The notes below the pieces were generated by a model. It did no database searches. It was given only the letters and a program-made list of their open reading frames with translations, and was not told where the DNA came from. From NCBI GenBank assembly GCA_949300615.1, contig CASGEW010000002.1:4562-68561 (forward strand): 64,000 nucleotides of DNA, in the 5' to 3' direction. Shown in pieces: positions 10,391 through 20,343 of this stretch; the first letter of the stretch is position 1, and every line of letters starts with the position of its first letter. The DNA is from an uncultured Bacteroidales bacterium. GTDB taxonomy: Bacteria > Bacteroidota > Bacteroidia > Bacteroidales > CHK158-818. Made by a program: the position numbers and the translations under genes.

Positions 10391-11215
10391 ATGAACTACC
10401 ACAAAAGATTGACCCTGTATCTGGCCTTATTGAGCGTCGTAATCTTGTGTATGAGCATCATCCGACTTTCGCTGTGGAAGAAAGACGCCCCCAGGGACCT
10501 CCCCGACATCGCCCGGGAGGGTGTCTTACGCATTGCCATAGATTACAACCCGCAAAGCTACTACATACAAGGCGACTCGGTGGTCGGGTTTGAATACCGG
10601 CTGGCCCGGATGATTGGGGAAGAGAGCGGATTAGCGGTGGAGCTCTATCCGGAAATCAACCTGCAAAAGAGCCTGGACGGCCTGAACGAACGGCAGTTCG
10701 ACATCGTGGCCCGCCCGTTGCCGGTAACCACGCAAAACAAGCAATCGTACAACTTTACCGAACCCATCCGGCTAAACCGGCAAGTTCTGGTACAAAGGAA
10801 AGCCTCGTACAACGGGGGGAAAGAACCCATCCGCAACCAACTTGACCTGGCCCAGAAGAGGTTGCACATCATCCCCGACGAATCGACCCAGTTACGCATC
10901 AAAAACCTCTCCCACGAAATAGGCGACACCATATACACCATCGAAGAAGAGCTGTACGGATATGAACAACTCATCATTTTAGTGGCCAAGGGTGAAATAG
11001 ATTTTGCCGTCTGCAACCAAGACATCGCCCGTCAAATGAGCCAGACATACCCGGAAATAGACATCGAAACGGACATCAGCTTTACCCAGTTCCAATCGTG
11101 GGCGGTACGGAAAGAATCAATCGTGCTGCTCGACAGCCTCAACTCGTGGCTGGAACGCATACAACAAAGACCCGATTTCCAAAAGATGCTGAAAGCAGAC
11201 AAGATAACCCGGTAA
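10391..11215 (+). CDS. Solute-binding protein family 3 domain protein (MltF N-terminal-like), membrane anchored
   Basis: 274 aa. N-terminal TM anchor, then a periplasmic-binding-protein type II-like sequence (LRIAIDYNPQSYY, FDIVARPLPVT). Confidence 0.55.
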   Translation: MNYHKRLTLYLALLSVVILCMSIIRLSLWKKDAPRDLPDIAREGVLRIAIDYNPQSYYIQGDSVVGFEYRLARMIGEESGLAVELYPEINLQKSLDGLNERQFDIVARPLPVTTQNKQSYNFTEPIRLNRQVLVQRKASYNGGKEPIRNQLDLAQKRLHIIPDESTQLRIKNLSHEIGDTIYTIEEELYGYEQLIILVAKGEIDFAVCNQDIARQMSQTYPEIDIETDISFTQFQSWAVRKESIVLLDSLNSWLERIQQRPDFQKMLKADKITR

Positions 11216-11322
11216 ATTTTATAGACTAAAAACTACTCCCCCAACGCCCTCCTGTAAGGGTCGTAACCCGAGAAGCTGTTTGGTTGAATTGAGATACAAG
11301 AGGGCAGTATAGCACAACCCTA

Positions 11323-12354
11323 TCATTTGCCCGAATCCATGAATTTGCGATAACGCAAAAGGGCATCGGAGATATCGACCGTCTCCTCCTCCCGAAAAAA
11401 TGCCGCCGGCTTATGTGGGTGCCAGTTCCCGACAATATTCCCGTCGTATAGAATTACAGGATAAAATATCCCGAAGTTGTTGTGGACCCGATGCCGGAAC
11501 GCCTCGTCAAGCACAAGATGGCGGCTTTTATACCCGAGCAGGTATTCATCATACGAGGGCAACAAGAGCGTCTGACGACGACCGCCGCCTCTCACCCGGC
11601 AATCGCGGTGGATAAAATAGGTACAATCCTTATAAGGTTCGGCAACCAGCTCATCGCCCATAGCCTCTATGGTACGACGACACTCGCCGATGCCGAGGTT
11701 CGTCCACCAAACAAAATCTTCAAGAGTAGCCGGGGAGTGGCTTCGGAAATATTTCCGGGCAAGCAGCACGAGGGATTCCTCCCGCGTCATATCCGGCGTA
11801 TGCGGGATTCGCTCGTCGATCAACGCGTATGTACTCTGCTTCGGGTCAAGCTCTCCGCTGCAAACAATTCCTTCGAGTTCAGCCCGACGGAGGTAGATAG
11901 ACATGGTATGGGCATCATCGGCAAGGCCTTTTTCGGCCAGACGGGCCAAAAGCTCATCTTTGCGCATGGACTTTTGTCCCATGAGTACCTGACGAATGAG
12001 CTGATTGGCGTACTCATACTCCTTTTCGTCTATTGTATGCCCACGATACGCCAAATATCCACGGATGGCAGACCGGTTCTTGTCGGCACACAATTTCAAC
12101 ATCCACCGAAGATCTTCTGCCGCCACCAACTGCCACGTGCATCGGAACAGGTGCGTACGTACGATACGCCCGGCATCGTACGCCTTTTGAAAAGCCTCCA
12201 TCGAAGGGGTTTTCATTCTCACGCCTACCGCCCAGCGCATCATCCGATACTCCTGAGCCTGTAACATCCCCATCCACGAAACCAAATCGTGGACATCGGA
12301 GAATTGCGAACCGACCAACTGCTGATTGAGAACGCGTATCTGGGGTATATTCAT
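11323..12354 (-). CDS. Winged-helix DNA glycosylase of the YcaQ/AlkZ (HTH_42) family
   Basis: The track ORF runs to 12543, but that N-terminal extension crosses the rnf promoter region. The internal start MNIPQIRVLNQQL at 12354 is more plausible. It carries a Q-A-Q motif (MLQAQEY) of the type described for YcaQ. Confidence 0.6.
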   Translation of the reverse strand: MNIPQIRVLNQQLVGSQFSDVHDLVSWMGMLQAQEYRMMRWAVGVRMKTPSMEAFQKAYDAGRIVRTHLFRCTWQLVAAEDLRWMLKLCADKNRSAIRGYLAYRGHTIDEKEYEYANQLIRQVLMGQKSMRKDELLARLAEKGLADDAHTMSIYLRRAELEGIVCSGELDPKQSTYALIDERIPHTPDMTREESLVLLARKYFRSHSPATLEDFVWWTNLGIGECRRTIEAMGDELVAEPYKDCTYFIHRDCRVRGGGRRQTLLLPSYDEYLLGYKSRHLVLDEAFRHRVHNNFGIFYPVILYDGNIVGNWHPHKPAAFFREEETVDISDALLRYRKFMDSGK

Positions 12355-12465
12355 AACCGTGTCTGCTTTTATCCGACAAAAATAGTTGAAATGTAACACA
12401 TAACTAAATTTTAAACCGCGTATATTATTCTCCATAAATCCCATCGGTATTTGGACGAGTTTCTC

Positions 12466-12473
12466 TATCTTTG
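12466..12473 (+). promoter_or_regulatory. -7 promoter motif (TATCTTTG) upstream of rseC-rnf operon
   Basis: Exact TAnnTTTG match 30 nt upstream of the ATG at 12503. Confidence 0.45.
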
Positions 12474-12502
12474 CACACACTGTAAAAAGGTATGAAGATT
12501 GA

Positions 12503-12916
12503 ATGAGCCAAGTAATCGAACATCCGGGAACCATCCTAACCATACAAAACGGCGTGGCCCGGATTCAAATCACACAATACGCTGCTTGCAGCGGGTGTCA
12601 TGCCCGTTCAGTCTGTCTGATATCCGACTGCCGTGAAAAAGTGATCGAAGTGCCTTGCTCGGAAACAAGCTGGCAGGCGGGCGATACCGTTACCGTTACA
12701 GGTTCTGAACAGATGGGGTACAAAGCGGTGCGCCTGGCGTTTTTATATCCGTCGATCCTCCTGTTCTTCGTATTGTTTCTCGTGCTGTATTGTACCGAAA
12801 ACGAACTTGCAGCCGGCATGGCTGCCTTGGCGGCACTCATTCCGTACTATGCCGCGCTCTATCTTTTCAAGGACAAATTAAAAAAACAGTTGGTTTTCAG
12901 CATAAAAGAGCCTTAA
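12503..12916 (+). CDS. rseC: RseC/MucC-family (SoxR-reducing system) membrane protein
   Basis: 137 aa. N-terminal Cys-containing soluble part (CSGCHARSVC) followed by two TM helices. Sits immediately upstream of rnfB. Confidence 0.7.
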   Translation: MSQVIEHPGTILTIQNGVARIQITQYAACSGCHARSVCLISDCREKVIEVPCSETSWQAGDTVTVTGSEQMGYKAVRLAFLYPSILLFFVLFLVLYCTENELAAGMAALAALIPYYAALYLFKDKLKKQLVFSIKEP

Positions 12917-12950
12917 CCCGACATGACAAAAGATTTATAACACCACATCC

Positions 12951-13856
12951 ATGCTTATTACAGAGAATCTACTTATCATCACCATAGTCTCATTAGGAGG
13001 TATCGGGCTTGTCAGTGCCGTTATCTTGTATTTGGTATCGCGGCGTTTTAAAGTTTACGAAGACCCGCGCATCAAAATCATCGAAGAGATGCTTCCCCAG
13101 GCAAATTGCGGCGGATGCGGACAAGCCGGATGCCACGGATTTGCCGAGACTTGCGTGAAATCGCCCACCCTGTCGGGACTGTTTTGCCCGGTAGGAGGTG
13201 CAGAACTGATGAACAACATTACGTCCGTTTTGGGGAAAGAGGCCGAAAAAGCCATCCCACGGATTGCCGTGGTAAGGTGCAACGGAAGTTGCCAGAACCG
13301 TTCCCGAACATCGCGATACGACGGAGCCCCCAATTGCAGCATAGAGGCCGCCTTATACAAAGGCGATACCGATTGTGCGTTCGGATGCCTGGGTCATGGC
13401 GATTGCGAGAAAGCCTGTCTGTTCGATGCCATCCGGATAGACCCCGACACGGGAATCCCGGTTGTGGATGAAGAGAAATGCACCGCTTGCGGAGCTTGTG
13501 TAAAAGCCTGCCCGCGCGGCATTATCGAACTACGGAAAAAGGGGCCCAAATCGCGCCGTATCTATGTAGAGTGCGTCAATCAAGAGAAAGGAGTAACGGC
13601 CCGCAAAGCGTGTAAGGCGGCCTGCATAGGTTGTTCGAAATGTGTACAAGTGTGCCCGTTCGAGGCAATCGAAGTACGCAACCACCTGGCCTATATCGAC
13701 GACAACAAATGCCGCCTCTGCCGCAAATGTACGGAGGTTTGCCCCACGTCGGCCATCCGATCGGTACATTTCCCGCCCAAAAAAGAGAGTGTCGCACCGG
13801 TAACGGATACGGTCGAGAAACAAAACGAAAAAGGAAACGAATCATCTATATGCTAA
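12951..13856 (+). CDS. rnfB: Rnf electron transport complex subunit B
   Basis: 301 aa. N-terminal TM helix, CGGCGQAGC cluster motif and several 4Fe-4S ferredoxin CxxCxxCxxxCP motifs. Confidence 0.9.
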   Translation: MLITENLLIITIVSLGGIGLVSAVILYLVSRRFKVYEDPRIKIIEEMLPQANCGGCGQAGCHGFAETCVKSPTLSGLFCPVGGAELMNNITSVLGKEAEKAIPRIAVVRCNGSCQNRSRTSRYDGAPNCSIEAALYKGDTDCAFGCLGHGDCEKACLFDAIRIDPDTGIPVVDEEKCTACGACVKACPRGIIELRKKGPKSRRIYVECVNQEKGVTARKACKAACIGCSKCVQVCPFEAIEVRNHLAYIDDNKCRLCRKCTEVCPTSAIRSVHFPPKKESVAPVTDTVEKQNEKGNESSIC

Positions 13857-15187
13857 AAACATTCCGCATCGGAGGTATCCATCCTCCCGAAAACAAACGA
13901 ACGGCCCGACAGCCGATAGAACAGGCTCCCCTACCCAAACAGGCCGTTATCATGCTGTCGCAACACATCGGCACGCCGGCCCAACCGGTGGTAAAAAAGG
14001 GAGACCGGGTAAAGGTAGGCACATTGATTGCCCAAGCCTCCGGATTTGTCTCGGCCCATATCCATTCGTCGGTTTCGGGCGTTGTCTCCAAAATCGAAAA
14101 TACGGCTGATATTTCGGGATATACCCGTCCGGCCATTTTTATAGAGGTGGAAGGAGACGAATGGGAAGAAGAGATCATCCGCGACAATTCGATTCAGAGT
14201 GTACCTGGTCTCTCGTCGCAAGAGATCGTCGAACGCATCTGCCGGGCCGGTATCGTAGGATTGGGCGGTGCAACGTTTCCCACTCAGGTAAAGTTGTCGG
14301 TTCCTCCCGGCAAGAAAGCAGAACTGCTCATCATCAACGGCGTGGAATGTGAACCGTACCTGACGTCGGACCACCGGTTGATGCTCGAAAAAGGAGAAGA
14401 GATTATCTCCGGAATCGAGCTGCTGATGAAAGCCCTCGGCGTAAACAGGGCGGTCATCGGCATCGAAAACAACAAGCGGGATGCCATCGAACACCTCCGC
14501 TCGCTAACCGCCGGGAATCCGGAAATAGAGGTGTGCCCCCTGCGCGTAAAGTATCCGCAAGGAGGAGAAAAGCAACTGATCGATGCCATCACCCGCCGAC
14601 AAGTTGCCAGCGGTGCACTGCCCATATCCACGGGAGCCGTGGTGCAGAACATCGGAACGGCATTTGCCGTGTATGAGGCCGTACTCAAAAACAAACCGCT
14701 CATAGAACGGGTCGTTACGGTAACGGGGAAAAACCTCCAAGAGGGGAAAAACCTGCTCGTACGCATCGGTACCCCCATTCAGGATTTAATTGAAACGGTA
14801 GGAGGCCTCCCGTCCAATACCGGAAAGGTCATTTCCGGGGGCCCCATGATGGGAAAAGCCGTGGTAGCCCTCCATGCTCCGGTAACCAAAGGTTGTTCGG
14901 GAATCCTGCTCATGGACGAACAAGAGGCCTCGCGTAAAAAGATACGTAACTGTATCCGTTGTGCCAAATGTGTACACGCCTGCCCGATGGGACTATCCCC
15001 GAACCTGCTGATGCGCGTGAGCGAACTGGCCTTGTGGGAAAAAGCCGAAGCCGAAAAGATCATGGATTGCATCGAATGTGGTTCATGCAGCTATACCTGT
15101 CCGGCCAACCGTCCGTTGTTGGACTACATCCGGGCCGGAAAATCGAAGGTCGGGAATATCATCCGCAAGCGAACAACCCAAAAATAA
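13850..15187 (+). CDS. rnfC: Rnf electron transport complex subunit C
   Basis: The track ORF starts at 13631 inside rnfB. The start MLKTFRIGGIHPPENK at 13850 overlaps the rnfB stop (ATGCTAA). Two C-terminal CxxCxxCxxxCP motifs. Confidence 0.9.
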   Translation: MLKTFRIGGIHPPENKRTARQPIEQAPLPKQAVIMLSQHIGTPAQPVVKKGDRVKVGTLIAQASGFVSAHIHSSVSGVVSKIENTADISGYTRPAIFIEVEGDEWEEEIIRDNSIQSVPGLSSQEIVERICRAGIVGLGGATFPTQVKLSVPPGKKAELLIINGVECEPYLTSDHRLMLEKGEEIISGIELLMKALGVNRAVIGIENNKRDAIEHLRSLTAGNPEIEVCPLRVKYPQGGEKQLIDAITRRQVASGALPISTGAVVQNIGTAFAVYEAVLKNKPLIERVVTVTGKNLQEGKNLLVRIGTPIQDLIETVGGLPSNTGKVISGGPMMGKAVVALHAPVTKGCSGILLMDEQEASRKKIRNCIRCAKCVHACPMGLSPNLLMRVSELALWEKAEAEKIMDCIECGSCSYTCPANRPLLDYIRAGKSKVGNIIRKRTTQK

Positions 15188-15217
15188 ACGACAACCCATT
15201 TCGACACAAAACTTTTT

Positions 15218-16174
15218 ATGACAAACAACAAACTGATCATATCACCATCGCCCCACATACACGGCAACGATACCGTTGAAAAGAATATGTACGGGGTGAT
15301 TGTGGCGTTGCTCCCCGCCCTGCTGGTTTCGTTCTACTATTTCGGTATCGGAGCCATGGCCGTTACCGCCGTATCGGTATTGAGCTGTATCGCGGTAGAA
15401 TACCTGGTACAACGGTTTCTCCTGAAAGGAGAGAATACCATCACCGACGGATCGGCCATCGTAACCGGACTACTACTGTCGCTCAACCTGCCGTCGAACC
15501 TCCCGCTGTGGATTGTCGTTATCGGAGCCGTGGCGGCCATCGGCATCGGGAAGATGCCTTTCGGAGGTCTGGGCAACAACATCTTCAACCCGGCATTGGT
15601 AGGCCGGGTGTTCCTGCTCATCTCCTTCCCGGCCCAGATGACCACCTGGGTACCTGCCGGTAGCCCGGGCAATTACCCCGACGGCGAGACGGGTGCAACC
15701 CCGTTGGCCCTGTTGAAATACGGCCATACGGAAGAGATAGATACCCTGAACCTGTTGCTGGGAAATGTGGGGGGAAGCCTGGGAGAGACCTGCTCCATCG
15801 CCCTGCTGTTGGGACTTATCTACCTGTTGTGGAAAAAAATCATCACGTGGCATATCCCCGTATCCATCCTGCTCTCGGCCGGTATATTTGCCTGGCTGAT
15901 AAACGAGAACCCGTTGTTGCACCTGCTCTCGGGAGGAATGTTGCTGGGGGCCATCTTCATGGCCACAGACTACGTAACCTCCCCCATGAACAAACGGGGA
16001 ATGCTGATTTACGGCGTATGTATCGGCGTACTGACCATAATTATCCGCAAATGGAGCGACTATCCGGAAGGGATGTCCTTTGCCATCTTGATTATGAACG
16101 CCTTCACGCCACTCATCAACACTTATGTCAAACCTAAACATTTCGGGGAGGTAAAGAAAAAATGGCAAAACTAA
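15218..16174 (+). CDS. rnfD: Rnf electron transport complex subunit D
   Basis: 318 aa polytopic membrane protein of the NqrB/RnfD type, in conserved operon order. Confidence 0.9.
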   Translation: MTNNKLIISPSPHIHGNDTVEKNMYGVIVALLPALLVSFYYFGIGAMAVTAVSVLSCIAVEYLVQRFLLKGENTITDGSAIVTGLLLSLNLPSNLPLWIVVIGAVAAIGIGKMPFGGLGNNIFNPALVGRVFLLISFPAQMTTWVPAGSPGNYPDGETGATPLALLKYGHTEEIDTLNLLLGNVGGSLGETCSIALLLGLIYLLWKKIITWHIPVSILLSAGIFAWLINENPLLHLLSGGMLLGAIFMATDYVTSPMNKRGMLIYGVCIGVLTIIIRKWSDYPEGMSFAILIMNAFTPLINTYVKPKHFGEVKKKWQN

Positions 16175-16824
16175 AATCGACATTCCCGAATATGGTAATC
16201 GTATTGACTGTTACTGCGGCATTGGCAGGAGCAGCCTTGGGATATACCCACCTATTGACCGAACAGCCCATCCGATTGGCCCAAAAGGCCAAACAGGAGG
16301 CCTCCATCCGGAAAGTGGCACCGACATTCGACAACGCACCTGCGGAAGAGAGAATCGTACGTAAACTCGACGACAACTCTACAATCTACATCTACCCGGC
16401 CAAACAAGGGGGCGAATGGGTAGGTGCGGCCGTTGAAAGTTTCTCGAAAAACGGGTTCGGCGGCCAGATAGACATCATGGTAGGATTTGAAAAAGACGGA
16501 ACCATCCGCGACTATACCGTATTGAAACACGCCGAAACGCCGGGATTGGGTTCTAAAATGGAAACGTGGTTCCACCAGGACAAGAACCGGCAATCGGTCA
16601 TCGGCAAAAATCCGGCTTCCGACCGCATGAGCGTCAGCAAAGACGGCGGAGACATAGATGCCATTACCGCTGCCACCATCAGTTCGAGAGCCTTTCTGGA
16701 AGCTATCCAGAGAGCCTACAACGCATACATGAACCAAAACAACGATGCCGTTTCCGGTGCATCGCCCGTGGTGAAAGAGAACCCGGAAGACAAACCACAA
16801 AAAAGAGGAGGCCCACAACCATGA
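16162..16824 (+). CDS. rnfG: Rnf electron transport complex subunit G
   Basis: 220 aa. N-terminal anchor and an FMN-binding-domain-like motif (DAITAATISSRA). Overlaps the rnfD end. Confidence 0.88.
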   Translation: MAKLKSTFPNMVIVLTVTAALAGAALGYTHLLTEQPIRLAQKAKQEASIRKVAPTFDNAPAEERIVRKLDDNSTIYIYPAKQGGEWVGAAVESFSKNGFGGQIDIMVGFEKDGTIRDYTVLKHAETPGLGSKMETWFHQDKNRQSVIGKNPASDRMSVSKDGGDIDAITAATISSRAFLEAIQRAYNAYMNQNNDAVSGASPVVKENPEDKPQKRGGPQP

Positions 16825-17405
16825 ATAAACTGAAAATCGTATTAAACGGGGTAATCAAAGAGAACCCGACATTTGTCCTGCTCCTGGGGATGTGTCCCAC
16901 GCTGGGGACAACCACTTCGGCCATCAACGGTATGGGCATGGGATTAGCCACCACCTTTGTCCTGATCTGTTCCAATGTGGTGATCTCGCTGGTCAAGGGT
17001 CTTATTCCCAACAAAGTACGTATCCCGGCATTCATCGTCATCATCGCCACCTTCGTATCCATCATCGAAATGTGTATGCAGGCTTATGTACCCGACCTGT
17101 ACGAAAGTTTAGGGTTGTTCATCCCGCTGATCGTGGTCAACTGCATCGTGCTGGGACGGGCCGAATCTTTCGCCGCCAAAAACAACCCGTTCGACTCGTT
17201 GTTGGACGGACTGGGCATGGGGTTGGGTTTTACCTTGGCCCTGACCCTGTTGGGTGCTATCCGCGAATTGCTCGGGACAGGGAAAATATTTAACCTGACC
17301 TGTTTCCCGGACCACTACGGTTCGCTGGTATTCGTACTGGCCCCGGGTGGATTCTTAGTACTGGGATTTCTGATCGCCTTGATTAATCGACTAAAAACGA
17401 AATAA
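16821..17405 (+). CDS. rnfE: Rnf electron transport complex subunit E
   Basis: The track ORF starts at 16566 inside rnfG. The start MNKLKIVLNGVIKENPTFVLLLG at 16821 overlaps the rnfG stop (ATGA). RnfE/NqrD-like polytopic protein. Confidence 0.9.
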   Translation: MNKLKIVLNGVIKENPTFVLLLGMCPTLGTTTSAINGMGMGLATTFVLICSNVVISLVKGLIPNKVRIPAFIVIIATFVSIIEMCMQAYVPDLYESLGLFIPLIVVNCIVLGRAESFAAKNNPFDSLLDGLGMGLGFTLALTLLGAIRELLGTGKIFNLTCFPDHYGSLVFVLAPGGFLVLGFLIALINRLKTK

Positions 17406-17406
17406 C

Positions 17407-17979
17407 ATGGAATACGTCATTATATTTGTCGCCGCTGTTTTTGTAAACAACATCGTATTGTCCCAATTTTTAGGAATCTGTCCCTTTCTGGGCGTTTCCA
17501 AAAAAATAAGCACAGCCATGGGCATGGGAGCCGCAGTAACCTTTGTGATGACCCTATCGACCATCATTACTTTCCTGCTGCAAGAATACCTGCTCACCCC
17601 CTACGGCCTGGGATTCATGCAAACCATCGTATTCATCCTGGTAATCGCAGCCCTGGTGCAGATGGTAGAGATCATACTCAAAAAAGTATCGCCGCCCTTA
17701 TATCAGGCATTGGGCGTATTCCTGCCCCTGATCACCACCAACTGTACCATCTTGGGGGTAGCCATCATGGTAATCCAGAAAAATTTCGATTTAATGCAAT
17801 CTACGGTTTTCGCCATATCCACTGCTATCGGCTTTACGTTGGCGTTGGTCGTTTTCGCCGGCATCCGCGAACAGCTGGCCTTGACCAAGATTCCCCCAGC
17901 AATGCGGGGAATACCCATCGCTTTAATCGTGGCCGGACTGCTGGCCATGGCGTTTATGGGATTTTCGGGAATCGTATGA
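17407..17979 (+). CDS. rnfA: Rnf electron transport complex subunit A
   Basis: 190 aa RnfA/NqrE-like polytopic protein. Last gene of the operon. Confidence 0.9.
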   Translation: MEYVIIFVAAVFVNNIVLSQFLGICPFLGVSKKISTAMGMGAAVTFVMTLSTIITFLLQEYLLTPYGLGFMQTIVFILVIAALVQMVEIILKKVSPPLYQALGVFLPLITTNCTILGVAIMVIQKNFDLMQSTVFAISTAIGFTLALVVFAGIREQLALTKIPPAMRGIPIALIVAGLLAMAFMGFSGIV

Positions 17980-18054
17980 CACGTGTTTCCATAAACGGGA
18001 AGCGGGACGGCTCTTCATCGAACCGTCCCGCTTCCCGTTAAAACGATTATTATA

Positions 18055-19368
18055 CTATTTTTTCTTCTCGATCGTCTCCAATGCCTTCAAATCCATCTGC
18101 GGCTGCTCCCCTTGGGCCGGACGGGAGAACTTGCTCCTATACGGTGTATTCTCGTTGAAAAACCCGCAATTTTTCAAGAAGAAGCGTCCGGATTCGGTGG
18201 TACCTCCGGCATAATCGACGCGTACCTGGGCAGCTGCCGTATTATCGTAGGTAAAGGTAGCTTCGGTCAACTCTTTCCAGACACCCTCCCGGGTCAATAC
18301 CCACTGGTTGCCAAATTCTACCTGACGGGTAATGTACCCTTGCGTCGGGATAAAATTTTCGAGGAACGAGTGTGCTCCCCGGTACCAGGTATCCGTCTTG
18401 GGCCGCAGGAAAGAGGCTATCAACCGCCAACGATTCTCGTCGGTGGCAAAGAAATAGGAGGTATAAACCGTATTCCCCTTGCCGTCGGGACGAACCTGCG
18501 TCAAGAACTTATAGGTGTTTCCTGCCTTCCACGGATAGACCAGATAGCTCTGACCGCCGGAACCTTCGTTGCCGAACTCCCCGATGTGTACATCTTCGCC
18601 CCTGCGCAACAATTTTATCTTCTGATCTTCGGGAATCTTATCCGGATCCTGGGTATCGAACGGACTCCAAACCGAGAAGAGCACTCGGCGTTCGGTCTCG
18701 GAATTTACCTGTATCCCGAAATACCCTTCGCCGAAACCGTTGGCCATAAAATAACTGCCGATCACATCGTTTCCTTCGGGGACGGTAAGCTCGTTATAAA
18801 AATACTCGACATCCTCCTGCGGCTGCTGGTAACCGATATGCACGGAGGGCCCCCTGCGGGCCCAATAAAACTCAAAATCGTCCGGGACATAATTCAACGA
18901 GTCGGACGCGGCTTCCCCTCCGATCATCAGATCGGAAATCTCGGCAAAGGTCTCTCCGCCCTTCTTCTCTCCCTGTAAATCCACCCGGATATAACCGCTC
19001 TCGGGCAATGTTACGCTGCCCACCGGAATAACGGCCCAGTCTCCTGCCGGAATCTTCACCTCAAACGTTTCGTCGGCCACCGTCATTTTCAGATTGGCCG
19101 ATGCTTCGGACCTGGCTCTGAGCGCTACATCCAGCTTTCCGGCTTGCGAGGTTTTAAACCAGGCAGAAACGACCGCCTGTTCATCCGTCCAACGAGTCAG
19201 TCCGTTTTTGCCGATAACTGCCCCTCTTTCTCCGCCTGTTATATAGGCATTGCCTCCCATCGGGACGGAGATCAGTCCTTCGGTAGAGACTTGATTGCAA
19301 GACGATAAAACGGAGATGCCTGCCAACAGGCCCCCTATAAAATAGATAGATGCACTTTTCTTTTTCAT
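18055..19368 (-). CDS. Lipoprotein with DUF3472-like domain (N-terminal DUF5077-like)
   Basis: 437 aa. Lipobox (LSSC). C-terminal region with GEGYFGIQVNS, VLFSVWSPF and GEFGNEGSGGQS segments that I recognise as DUF3472-like. Function unknown. Confidence 0.55.
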   Translation of the reverse strand: MKKKSASIYFIGGLLAGISVLSSCNQVSTEGLISVPMGGNAYITGGERGAVIGKNGLTRWTDEQAVVSAWFKTSQAGKLDVALRARSEASANLKMTVADETFEVKIPAGDWAVIPVGSVTLPESGYIRVDLQGEKKGGETFAEISDLMIGGEAASDSLNYVPDDFEFYWARRGPSVHIGYQQPQEDVEYFYNELTVPEGNDVIGSYFMANGFGEGYFGIQVNSETERRVLFSVWSPFDTQDPDKIPEDQKIKLLRRGEDVHIGEFGNEGSGGQSYLVYPWKAGNTYKFLTQVRPDGKGNTVYTSYFFATDENRWRLIASFLRPKTDTWYRGAHSFLENFIPTQGYITRQVEFGNQWVLTREGVWKELTEATFTYDNTAAAQVRVDYAGGTTESGRFFLKNCGFFNENTPYRSKFSRPAQGEQPQMDLKALETIEKKK

Positions 19369-19440
19369 CTGTTATTTATGTTTTCAACTGCTCAACCATT
19401 GAGACAGAAAAATGTTCTTTTTATATACTGTCTGAAACTG

Positions 19441-19448
19441 CAAAGATA
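19441..19448 (-). promoter_or_regulatory. -7 promoter motif (TATCTTTG on minus strand) upstream of the DUF3472-like gene
   Basis: CAAAGATA on the plus strand, about 73 nt upstream of the minus-strand ATG at 19368. Confidence 0.35.
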
Positions 19449-19469
19449 CGAAAATAACAAGAACTCCAA

Positions 19470-20315
19470 ATGTTAAAAATAGACCCGGAAAAACTTCATC
19501 GGTGGAAGAAGAAACTATACCTGATTATTTTTCGGACGAATACCCCTGCCGGAAAGGCTTTCGACATAGCTCTGCTCGTGCTCATCCTGTTCAGCGTACT
19601 GATGGCTTCACTGGAAAGCATCTCGACTTTCAGCCACCATTTCGCTGTCGCCATAAAAGCGGCAGAATGGTTTATCACCGGATGTTTTACCATCGAATAT
19701 ATTCTCCGGATATACAGCGCTCCCAACCGAAAGAGATACCTCTTTTCATTTTACGGCATCATTGATTTCCTATCGATACTGCCCTCGTACCTAGGACTTT
19801 TCATCAACAGGACACAATATTTCGTGGTAATCCGGTCGTTACGGTTACTACGCATTTTCCGGATATTGCAACTTACCCGCTTCATCGACGAAAGCGTATT
19901 CTTGGCAAGAGCTGTCCAGAGAAGCCTCGACAAAATACTGGTCTTTATGAATTTTATTTTCATTCTGGTCATCATATTAGGTTCACTGATGTACGTCGTA
20001 GAGGGGGGCGTAAACCCCTCTTTCTCCAACATCCCCCAAAGTATATACTGGGCTATCGTAACCATCACGACCGTAGGATACGGCGACATTACCCCGATCA
20101 CGCTGACCGGGCAAATGATTTCAGCCGTTGTCATGCTGCTGGGATACGCCATCATCGCCGTACCGACCGGAATCGTAACATCGGAAATTATTTTCAGAAA
20201 ACGAAAAAAATCTCCTACCGTATGCTCCCATTGTGGCAACGAAGACCACGAGCCAGATGCCCTTTTCTGCAAAAAATGCGGGACGATTCTGCCCGACAAA
20301 AAAAAATCTTCCTAA
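19470..20315 (+). CDS. Voltage-gated-type 6TM potassium channel with C-terminal zinc-ribbon
   Basis: 281 aa. S4-like helix RSLRLLRIFRILQLTRF, selectivity filter TTVGYGD, C-terminal CSHCGx10CKKCG. Confidence 0.8.
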   Translation: MLKIDPEKLHRWKKKLYLIIFRTNTPAGKAFDIALLVLILFSVLMASLESISTFSHHFAVAIKAAEWFITGCFTIEYILRIYSAPNRKRYLFSFYGIIDFLSILPSYLGLFINRTQYFVVIRSLRLLRIFRILQLTRFIDESVFLARAVQRSLDKILVFMNFIFILVIILGSLMYVVEGGVNPSFSNIPQSIYWAIVTITTVGYGDITPITLTGQMISAVVMLLGYAIIAVPTGIVTSEIIFRKRKKSPTVCSHCGNEDHEPDALFCKKCGTILPDKKKSS

Positions 20316-20343
20316 AAAGATGCTGTTTCCACCGGATAAATAC

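Noticed and set aside
11226-11435. 69 aa minus-strand ORF between convergent genes
   Set aside because: It overlaps the 3' end of the YcaQ-like gene in another frame and has no supporting signals.
13631-13849. N-terminal extensions of track ORFs into upstream genes: rnfC from 13631, rnfE from 16566, the sulfotransferase from 54558, and the YcaQ-like gene up to 12543
   Set aside because: The extensions overlap the preceding gene or a promoter region in another frame and encode Arg/Pro-rich nonsense. Internal Met codons give canonical N-termini and typical 4-8 nt start/stop overlaps.
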